Assembly: GCF_000012285.1 (NCBI RefSeq)
Contig: NC_007181.1
Span: 1,530,001-1,562,000 of the forward strand
Source of the DNA: Sulfolobus acidocaldarius DSM 639
GTDB taxonomy: Archaea; Thermoproteota; Thermoprotei_A; Sulfolobales; Sulfolobaceae
Direction of reading: 5' to 3'
DNA: 32,000 bases
Shown: positions 23,564 through 31,257 of the stretch, piece after piece
Layout of the letters: every line of letters begins with the position of its first letter
Position numbering within the stretch: the first letter of the stretch is position 1
The notes under the pieces: model-generated
The model's input: only the letters and a program-made list of their open reading frames with translations
Databases searched by the model: none
What the model was told of the DNA's origin: nothing
Translations under genes and position numbers: made by a program

Positions 23564-25882
23564 ATGCCCGACACAAAAACAATAGGTTTCGTAATAGTTG
23601 CTATTATATTATTAGTTATAGCAGCAGTAGGTTTTTATGAGTACAGTGTTGTAAGTTCAAACTACACATCTCTACAAAATTCCTATACATCACTAAGTTC
23701 TACCTTATCTCAAGCTCAAGCTAACGCCAGTTACTTTATGAAGTTAGCGGAAGAAAACTATACCAACTATCAAAAGTTACTGTCAAACTATACCACCTTG
23801 GAAAACATGTATTCTGCTTTGTTGAAACAAAAAGTGTCGGCACAATATGCTGAGGGTAGCGCACTTGCCAACGTCTTTAAAGTGTGGGACGGTATAGCGA
23901 TAGAATCTCCAGGAGACGTAACTCCTTATCTAGCCTCAAACTTCACTGCGACAATCTCTGGTGTACCATTCCCTGGTACATATAATTTACAGACGTTCAA
24001 CTCCTCATGGCTCTCTAAATTCTTCTCTGACTACGAGACAGTGTATTTCTACACTACCGAACTACCCAAAGTAACTCAAATGAGTAATACATCATACCAA
24101 ATATCTGCAGTAGTTCAATACTTTGTAGCTCCCACACAGGATCCCATATACCTTCAAGTTTTTAATGCATCAGTAACCTTAATGGTCCAAGTAATAAATG
24201 GAGTGCCTGAGATAACTTCAATGAATTGGGTGGGTAATGAGGTCTCCCCATCGGCTGTAATCTCTGGGTATCCATCACAGCATTTAATGCAGGCAAATCA
24301 AGTTGCCTATGAGGTTCTGTCGGAAGTTAATGGACTAGGTGCAGAGTTTGCCCCTAATGTAATTGCTCAGTACTTCAGTCCCAATGCTGTACTAAACATT
24401 TCTGGAGTACTTCCTCAAGGTTTATCAAACGGGACTTACAACGGTTTAACAAATATACAGAATTTCTTCAATAATTGGGATAAATATTTCATATTTGCTG
24501 TAGAGTATTCACAAAACCTATTACCAAATGGTACTGCTGTACCTCCATCAATCAAAGTAACATTACTTCCAAACGAGTCCATGGCAGTAGTTACGGCTAA
24601 TGTGACACCAATAATTGGTTTTGTAAACCAAGGTGAGCCAACATTTCCTGGTATATACGACTTACATATATCGTTAACAGCCTACTTGATGTATAACTCA
24701 ACTGCTGGAATGTGGCAAATTGTTAAAGAGAACTGGAATGTAGATTCAATTCCATCGATAGAAGACACGTTGTTCTACAACATAAATCAGCCCATATTTA
24801 AGGTGATAAAGGAAAGTACAATCACTGTAAACGCATCTACAGGTGGAATAGTCCAGGCAGGTAATATCGTCTCAATAGTACAACCAGGTACCTATGCTGA
24901 GTTGCCTAATGGTTCATTATTATCAGTTTATAATTTCTCGTTGGTACTATTCAGTGTTCAGGGAGTTTATCCACCTCCATTAGCATTCTTTAACTATACA
25001 CCCTCATACGCTTTCGCATTTGCTTTAAACGGCAAGATATCTCCAGCTTATTCCTTCGTGAATTCATCAAAGGTGTCTAAACCAATAATAACAATTGTAT
25101 ATGGATCAAATACTTGGACAAGCTGGACTTGGCTTGGAGGAAGCTTCAATGGTACAGCTTACGTAGGTGGAAGCTATAAGTTCCCAGACAAGTGGATTTA
25201 CGGAAATAATGTAATGGTAAACACCCAGTTCTTTAAACCTGTACTCTGGATATTCGAAACAGGTCAAACACCCTTAGCTACTCCACCAAGTCCCTCTAAT
25301 GTTTCAGTTACTAAAGCCTTTGGTTTAACACCCATAAACGCATATTCATATCAGGTTAACGGAATGGAAGGAGGAGTTATAACAGCAGGGAATATAATGG
25401 TAGTCATAAAACCTGGCACTATAATTCACACTCCCACAGCAAACTTAACTAATTACAACTTCTCAGTAGTGTTCTACTCAACAAATGGTTTACCAAACTC
25501 TCCATCTGGAGAAGTACCATTTATAGCTTTTGCATACGCCATAAACGGTAATGTTACATTTAGCTATAGTGCCTCACAGAGTTTCATTACAATAGTATCA
25601 ACACCTGATAATAACGGACAAATGTGGACATGGGGTCCACCAGGATATATTCTTAAAGACCCTATAATACTTGGTAACGGTGTAATGGTGAATTTAACGT
25701 TCTTTAAGCCGGTACCATGGATAATTACACTCCCCACATTAACCAGTAGTGCAAGTACAACCAGCTCCTCGACGAGCTCTATGTCAACTTCCAGTAGTAC
25801 TACAGCTTCAAGCACGACATCAACCACTTCAAGTACTACAACAACGACCTCCACATCCTCTACTTATCCATATTGGGGATAA
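23564..25882 (+). CDS. Large N-terminally anchored, heavily sequon-decorated surface glycoprotein with internal duplications and a Ser/Thr-rich C-terminal tail
   Basis: 772 aa. The N-terminal TM segment is IGFVIVAIILLVIAAVGFY. A heptad-like NYT-rich segment follows. There are two related ~120-aa modules, then two related ~135-aa modules. The tail is about 40 aa of almost pure Ser/Thr. I counted more than 20 N-x-S/T sequons by hand. Confidence 0.7.
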   Translation: MPDTKTIGFVIVAIILLVIAAVGFYEYSVVSSNYTSLQNSYTSLSSTLSQAQANASYFMKLAEENYTNYQKLLSNYTTLENMYSALLKQKVSAQYAEGSALANVFKVWDGIAIESPGDVTPYLASNFTATISGVPFPGTYNLQTFNSSWLSKFFSDYETVYFYTTELPKVTQMSNTSYQISAVVQYFVAPTQDPIYLQVFNASVTLMVQVINGVPEITSMNWVGNEVSPSAVISGYPSQHLMQANQVAYEVLSEVNGLGAEFAPNVIAQYFSPNAVLNISGVLPQGLSNGTYNGLTNIQNFFNNWDKYFIFAVEYSQNLLPNGTAVPPSIKVTLLPNESMAVVTANVTPIIGFVNQGEPTFPGIYDLHISLTAYLMYNSTAGMWQIVKENWNVDSIPSIEDTLFYNINQPIFKVIKESTITVNASTGGIVQAGNIVSIVQPGTYAELPNGSLLSVYNFSLVLFSVQGVYPPPLAFFNYTPSYAFAFALNGKISPAYSFVNSSKVSKPIITIVYGSNTWTSWTWLGGSFNGTAYVGGSYKFPDKWIYGNNVMVNTQFFKPVLWIFETGQTPLATPPSPSNVSVTKAFGLTPINAYSYQVNGMEGGVITAGNIMVVIKPGTIIHTPTANLTNYNFSVVFYSTNGLPNSPSGEVPFIAFAYAINGNVTFSYSASQSFITIVSTPDNNGQMWTWGPPGYILKDPIILGNGVMVNLTFFKPVPWIITLPTLTSSASTTSSSTSSMSTSSSTTASSTTSTTSSTTTTTSTSSTYPYWG
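24812..25732 (+). repeat. Intragenic tandem duplication of a ~135-aa module
   Basis: Copy 1 covers residues ~417-565 (nt 24812-25258): TVNASTGGIVQAGNIVSIVQPGT...YNFSLVLFS...YAFAFALNGKISPAYSF...ITIVYGSNTWTSWTW...GNNVMVNTQFFKPVLWIFE. Copy 2 covers residues ~594-723 (nt 25343-25732): QVNGMEGGVITAGNIMVVIKPGT...YNFSVVFYS...IAFAYAINGNVTFSYS...ITIVSTPDNNGQMWTW...GNGVMVNLTFFKPVPWIITL. Confidence 0.75.
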
Positions 25883-25923
25883 TTTTGGTGAAATGGTAAA
25901 AAGTCAAGTAATTTTTTCTTTAA

Positions 25924-27159
25924 CTATTCTACGTTCAATCTATCAATTCTCTTCTTCTCTCTAGCCTCCGGTACATTCCAAAAGAACTTGTAGTATAACC
26001 AGAGGTTAAATGAGTTAGTAAAGAATGCTAGAGTAAAAGGAAATATGACAGAAAGACTTAGCAGAAACCCTGACAGTAAGGTTGATGAAGCTAATGATAG
26101 TAACCTTGCGGTTTGATTTGTTCCACTGGTTGTAGCTCTCCTATTGCTCGAAACTAGACTCATCATTAATGCCTGTTGTGCAGGTAACGAAATAGCTCTA
26201 AAAGACGTGAATATAGTGTAATCTAATGCAGCTAATAAATCATATCTAAGAAAAGGAAAAACTAAAGTTAAAATCGTTGATACGAGTCTTGTGTAGATTA
26301 TTAGCCTAACAAAACCTAATCTTTCATTTAGTTTTGGCGTAAGTAAAATTAAAGATGCTGAGACTATCCCACTAAGGGATACAATGTAGCCAATTTCAGC
26401 CTGAGGAAGATTATAGAACTTCTCAAATACTATAGGTATAAATGGGACTATTAATCCTTGGGATAGTCCGTTAAAAAGTCCTGTATATGTAAACTTCTTT
26501 ATGATATCTCTATTTCTATTATTATCGCCATTTCTACTATTTTTACTATTTGTATTTATCTCGACAGGCTTTTCCTTCAAGTCACTTGATTTTTTCTCGG
26601 AAACGGGTATCACAAATATAAAGGATAATGCGGATAGTAGGATTCCCAGAAGAAACAGTATCCTGTAATCATTAATACCTGCTAATACTGCTCCTGCGGC
26701 ACCACTATATGTGGAGATGGTTGTAAATAAGGAATATATCTTGGTGAGCTCTTCTTTCTTAGTTTTTTCCGCTAATATAGCAGTTTGAATTGGTGCGACT
26801 ATTGCCCCTATACCTCCCCCTATTAAACCACCTGCTATTCCAAACCCTCCCAGTGCTGCAGATAATGCTAAAAGCGGAAAGTACCTCGTGAAAAGAAGTA
26901 TTACCAGACTTATTGGTAAGAAGGATGTACTAAGTAGTAGGAACGGTTTCCTTCCGTATTTGTCAGCGTTTACGGAGAAAAGGAGGGAGAATAGAGGATT
27001 GATAAATGCTCCTATTGCGAACAGGATACCTACTTGGATAATGTTTAGCCCTATGTATAGGTAATATATACCTATTATGACCGACATGAAACCAGCTGCA
27101 AGACTTCTCGAAACTCTGGAACCCATAAGTAGATAAATGTCGATCCTATCCTTATCCAT
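25924..27159 (-). CDS. MFS transporter
   Basis: 411 aa with about 12 TM. It has the loop ADKYGRKPF (MFS motif A-like) and a central hydrophilic loop. The substrate is unknown. Confidence 0.8.
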   Translation of the reverse strand: MDKDRIDIYLLMGSRVSRSLAAGFMSVIIGIYYLYIGLNIIQVGILFAIGAFINPLFSLLFSVNADKYGRKPFLLLSTSFLPISLVILLFTRYFPLLALSAALGGFGIAGGLIGGGIGAIVAPIQTAILAEKTKKEELTKIYSLFTTISTYSGAAGAVLAGINDYRILFLLGILLSALSFIFVIPVSEKKSSDLKEKPVEINTNSKNSRNGDNNRNRDIIKKFTYTGLFNGLSQGLIVPFIPIVFEKFYNLPQAEIGYIVSLSGIVSASLILLTPKLNERLGFVRLIIYTRLVSTILTLVFPFLRYDLLAALDYTIFTSFRAISLPAQQALMMSLVSSNRRATTSGTNQTARLLSLASSTLLSGFLLSLSVIFPFTLAFFTNSFNLWLYYKFFWNVPEAREKKRIDRLNVE

Positions 27160-27435
27160 AGTTTATAGACGTATGAAGAATAAATATAAAACTTTCGAGA
27201 CCAAACTATGTTAATAAATGGATTAGTTCTCAAGCCCAAAATAATATTAATAAAATGAAATATTCATTCTCGCTATCATGGGACGTTACCTACTCTAAGA
27301 CTTTTATTACCTGGTCATGTTGCCAGTTTAAAGTCCTCCTTTCTTTATTCTCACTCAAAACAGTTTTTGTCTTACATGACTAACAATGAGGGCATAAGTA
27401 TGTATCTTTTTATGTGATGTGCTGTTCTGCATATG

Positions 27436-27846
27436 TCAGATTTTGAAATCTTTTATGTGTTTAGCCCATTGCAAACTTCTAACCTTCCTCAACAGCTTCT
27501 CATCCGCAGTATAAACCTCTTCACCAAGAGTTTTTCCTAGGGTTATATAGGCAGAGTCATAAATTGTTATACCGTACTTCATGGAGAAGGTTATAATTTC
27601 CTCTGTATCGAAAAAGCTGTAATAGGTTATTTGAAAATCATCTAAAATCTTTGAAATTATGACCAGTTCTTCTTCTCCTAAATTATACGTATATTTCAGC
27701 CCGTTAATTACTTCAAAGGGTAAAATACAAGGCGCTTTAAGGTCTACTAGACCTTCAGAGTATGCTCTCTTAAGCCTGTTTGCGTCATCGCTATACTCCT
27801 CTTTAGTATACCATTTTATGACAACGGAAGCGTCTACAACTGCCAA
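27436..27846 (-). CDS. vapC: PIN-domain toxin VapC
   Basis: 136 aa. The N-terminal AVVDASVVIKW supplies the first acidic residue of the PIN fold. Later acidic residues are in ITIYDSAYITL and VYTADEKLL. The start appears to be TTG (27846-27844) and overlaps the vapB 3' end by 13 nt. Confidence 0.85.
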   Translation of the reverse strand: MAVVDASVVIKWYTKEEYSDDANRLKRAYSEGLVDLKAPCILPFEVINGLKYTYNLGEEELVIISKILDDFQITYYSFFDTEEIITFSMKYGITIYDSAYITLGKTLGEEVYTADEKLLRKVRSLQWAKHIKDFKI

Positions 27847-28103
27847 TTCTTATCTCTCCATTCCCTTATTTTTTCTTCAGACTTCTCGCCACCTAAATAT
27901 GCGTAAAATTCCTCTGCTTTAACAGAAGCCCTTTTTATTCTATCATTGTCTTTTTTCTTAAAATTCTCTTTTCTTTTTTTGTTCTCCTCCTCAATTACAC
28001 TGATTATACTTCTCCTTATAACTTCACTCCAATTTATATAGCTCAATTGGTCCATTTTCTCTTTTAGTTCATCGTCAATTCTGACTGTTATTACAGGCAT
28101 CAT
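27834..28103 (-). CDS. vapB: Ribbon-helix-helix (CopG-like) antitoxin VapB
   Basis: 89 aa. MMPVITVRIDDELKEKMDQL is a typical RHH N-terminal strand plus helix. The C-terminal half is Lys/Glu-rich. A TATA-like box lies at 28121-30 on the minus strand. Confidence 0.8.
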   Translation of the reverse strand: MMPVITVRIDDELKEKMDQLSYINWSEVIRRSIISVIEEENKKRKENFKKKDNDRIKRASVKAEEFYAYLGGEKSEEKIREWRDKNWQL

Positions 28104-28519
28104 TTTCTTATTATAGCCGTATATAAAAAACTTTACGTCACGTAAATACTTGTCCTCGTATAGTGCAATTTAATGTTCGTCCTCATGAGAATTTCACTTA
28201 CTTTCCAAATTTACAGCTTATATATTTAGAAAAACGGTCTTGTCGAAGAGATTCTAGGTAAGGATAGGAAAAAGTTAAACTGGAGATTTTGAAGTAGCTC
28301 CCTGATCTGACTTCCTATCCGTTATAAATGGTGAGGCTTTCCTCACTTTGTAAATATATTCCGTTTAAATCTCCATTGGGCAGACGTTTAAGGTTTGATT
28401 ATAAAATGAACCGGGGGTTGGAAACTTATTTCCTATAGACTGCTGAGAACTTCAGTGATCACACAGTTTTTAATACTTTACGAGATTATATTGAAGGTAC
28501 CTTACATAGGGGGAGAAAT

Positions 28520-29434
28520 ATGGGAAAAGTTGCCATTGTAACTGGTGGAGCAAAAGGTATAGGAGCGTCTATAAGTTATACATTAGGCAAGAGAGGTTAT
28601 TCCGTAGTCATAGCTGATGTTGATGAGGAAGCTGGTCTTTACAGGCTTGAGCAATTTCACAAGGAGAATATAGATTCACTCTTTGTTAGGACTGACGTAT
28701 CATCGGAAACTGATGTGAAAAATCTGATGGATGAGGTTTACAAAAGATACGGTAGGATAGATGTGTTAATTAACAATGCAGGGATCGGGTTCAGCGGAAG
28801 AAGTATAGAGGAGCAGACACTTGAGGAATGGAGAAAAATAATTGACACTAACCTAACAGGCACTTGGTTATGTTCGAAGTATGTTATAAATTACATGAAG
28901 AGGAACAAAGAAAGGGGAGGGGTAATTATAAATATAGCGTCAACCAGAGCGTTACAATCTGAACCAAATACCGAGCCTTACTCCGCATCTAAGGGCGGAA
29001 TTGTAGCCTTAACTCACTCTCTAGCGGTAAGTCTAAGTAAGTATAATATAAGGGTTATAGCCGTCAGTCCTGGATGGATAGACACTAGTAGGTGGCAATA
29101 TCCTCCAAAGGAAAGCAGGTTAACTAACCTAGACCACAAACAACATCTCACTAGAAGAGTTGGGATACCTGAGGACATATCTTCTATAGTCTTATTTTTA
29201 GTTTCGGATGAGGCTTCATGGATATCTGGTGTAAATTTTGTAATAGATGGCGGAATGACTGTCAGAATGATTTACTTGGACGAGAACGTGATTAGGGATT
29301 CATTATCGATTTTACTTGATGATGAAGAGTTATCAGGTTTATTAATCAAGCTTGTGGAGAAGGCTAAATCAGATAAGGACTCTGTAAAGAGATTGTTAAA
29401 CAGTCTTGTACGAGATAGGGGTGACATTTACTAA
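28520..29434 (+). CDS. Short-chain dehydrogenase/reductase (classical SDR) with a ~55-aa C-terminal helical extension
   Basis: Cofactor motif TGGAKGIG, NNAG, the catalytic S...YSASK, and PGWIDT. The tail after DGGMTV (IYLDENVIRDSLSILLDDEELSGLLIKLVEKAKSDKDSVKRLLNSLVRD...) lies outside the usual SDR fold. Confidence 0.9.
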   Translation: MGKVAIVTGGAKGIGASISYTLGKRGYSVVIADVDEEAGLYRLEQFHKENIDSLFVRTDVSSETDVKNLMDEVYKRYGRIDVLINNAGIGFSGRSIEEQTLEEWRKIIDTNLTGTWLCSKYVINYMKRNKERGGVIINIASTRALQSEPNTEPYSASKGGIVALTHSLAVSLSKYNIRVIAVSPGWIDTSRWQYPPKESRLTNLDHKQHLTRRVGIPEDISSIVLFLVSDEASWISGVNFVIDGGMTVRMIYLDENVIRDSLSILLDDEELSGLLIKLVEKAKSDKDSVKRLLNSLVRDRGDIY

Positions 29435-29673
29435 TAATATCCGAGTACTAGAATAGCACTTAAAGATTTTTATCACTACATTGTTCATCTAACTTATTGA
29501 ACGATATGAGCCCAAATCAACTATAACACTGACAAGATTGGGTACTAATATCTTCAAATCTAAAACAAAATACATTGGTACGACTTATCGGCTTTCCTGG
29601 CTATTGTTTATGTGTCTGCTCCTTACGAATCTCCATTAAGCCCTTAAATTCTCTTTGGCGCTTTAATAATCAC

Positions 29674-29943
29674 TTATCCCTTAAGTTTACGTTCTATTGT
29701 TAAATAGTTCTCTATCATCTCAAGCTCTCTTTTACCACTATCTGTAAGTGAGTATCCTTCCTTGTTTACCCTAACTAAACCCAGTTTCTCGATACGGGAT
29801 ATGTATTTGGAGAACACATCATAGTTTAATCCCACTAAATACATCAAATGAGTCTTCTTCACTTCAGTTTCACTTTCCCTGAGTACTTTAAGTATTGTAT
29901 ACATTATCTCGATTTTGCTCCTATGCTTGGGCATTTCACTCAT
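29674..29943 (-). CDS. Small winged-helix DNA-binding protein (HTH_45-like)
   Basis: 89 aa. The pattern KIEIMYTILKVL...THLMYLVGLNYDVFSKYISRIEKLGLVRVNKEGYSLTDSGKRELE is a typical small archaeal wHTH layout. It is divergent from the secreted-protein gene. Confidence 0.65.
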   Translation of the reverse strand: MSEMPKHRSKIEIMYTILKVLRESETEVKKTHLMYLVGLNYDVFSKYISRIEKLGLVRVNKEGYSLTDSGKRELEMIENYLTIERKLKG

Positions 29944-30497
29944 CGGTGGTATTATGATTTTGATAAATTAAGTTTTTCGTGTAACTTTTATAAATAACAC
30001 TTATAATTGAGGCAAATACTCTACTCTTAAAACTGAAATGAACCTTTTCTCAAGAGGATAAATTCTCTAAATTCATAAATAATTTTTCCCATCTTTCAAT
30101 GTCTAATAGGAATTTCTAAATATTTCATCTGAGACTACCTAACATCATAATCTGATTTTATATACCTCTCTGGAATCAGACTCTCTCGTCTTAGTAAGTT
30201 AAAATATTGTTATAAAATATGGAGCTAGTCACTCTCATTCCTAAAAATACCTAAAAAGGTTTAGCTTAACAGAGGTTGATTAATCATTTGTACCTAATGT
30301 TCACACAGTTACTCTTTCACAACAATACTAAGGGTAATGTCATAATATCTATTATCCTATATATTTCTGCTTGTACAAAGGTATATTTTAGTTTAGATAT
30401 AGTAATATATTTAGTATCAGCTAAAAATATATGATATTTCAATTTTTTATCCTTGTCTATTTAAATATGTAAAAAACAATAATAGGTTTGAACACAA

Positions 30498-31211
30498 ATG
30501 AATCTAAACATTAAAACCGTAGCAATGATATCCGTAGCAGCTCTACTATTATCAATGCTAGTATACCAAGCTTTTGTAGCAGGATTCGTAGTGAGCAATT
30601 CCGTGACAGGTAGTGTAGTTAGGATAAACTCAGAGAACGCTCTTCTTCAGATAGATCCATTAGAATTTTCCTTAATCTCTAACAATGGTGGATTATCAAT
30701 ACAATTACCAGCCATAGGTCCAGGTACAGCTGACTATGCAGCTTTCCTTTATGACTCACATTCCAATGTTGTAGCTAGCTATTCAGCAGCATATCTATTT
30801 GCAATAGTTGAGGTAGAGTTTAACTACCCAGGTAATAATAATCAAGTGATCAATGTAGCAGCGTCCTTAGAACATGTGACTAATAACACTCCTATCCAGA
30901 TCCTAGTACTAGGAACCCATGGTTCTACAATGGACCCCATAACCTCATTCCCTAACAATTCAATATCTGTTGATCCTACGAACACTCCAGGAACAGTCAT
31001 GATAAATGGTCTTCAATTTACAGTTTTAGGAAGTTATGGTTTACCATCTTCAGTGTCTTCTGCTATAGGTAGTACAACTGCAACAATAGGCTCTGGTAGT
31101 AGTAATGGAGAAGTAGTATACGTGTTAATATTATTACCATCCTACGGAACTGTACCAGCCTCAGGCTCTAGTTTTTCAGCTGCACTAAACTTCTACGGAT
31201 ATCAGAGTTAA
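30498..31211 (+). CDS. Secreted beta-rich protein; candidate TasA/camelysin-like or thread-like filament subunit
   Basis: 237 aa. The N-terminal signal/anchor is MNLNIKTVAMISVAALLLSMLVYQA, followed by FVAGFVVSNSVTGSVV. This loosely resembles the SipW-cognate N-terminus of TasA-family proteins (FAYFSDTETSTGNTF...). The mature part has no Lys and one Arg, and is rich in Ser/Gly/Val/Asn/Thr with alternating beta-strand-like patterns. A signal peptidase gene follows 46 nt downstream. Confidence 0.6.
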   Translation: MNLNIKTVAMISVAALLLSMLVYQAFVAGFVVSNSVTGSVVRINSENALLQIDPLEFSLISNNGGLSIQLPAIGPGTADYAAFLYDSHSNVVASYSAAYLFAIVEVEFNYPGNNNQVINVAASLEHVTNNTPIQILVLGTHGSTMDPITSFPNNSISVDPTNTPGTVMINGLQFTVLGSYGLPSSVSSAIGSTTATIGSGSSNGEVVYVLILLPSYGTVPASGSSFSAALNFYGYQS

Positions 31212-31257
31212 ACAGGTGAATAAGAGGGATGTAAATATAAATTAAAGGGGTTTTTTA

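Noticed and set aside
25739-25864. Low-complexity repetitive DNA that could be taken for a microsatellite or short tandem repeat
   Set aside because: It is in frame within the 772-aa ORF and encodes the Ser/Thr tail. It has no regular unit length and no spacer/repeat structure.
25564-25964. Two ORFs (25564..25854 minus, 25749..25964 plus) over the end of the glycoprotein gene
   Set aside because: They are shadow frames of the Ser/Thr-rich coding repeat. Their poly-Val/Glu/Leu and Pro/Gln-rich translations are typical of out-of-frame or antisense reading of AGT/ACT/ACA-rich DNA.
27659-27922. 87-aa plus-strand ORF across the vapB/vapC junction
   Set aside because: It is antisense to both TA genes, which have clear PIN and RHH features.
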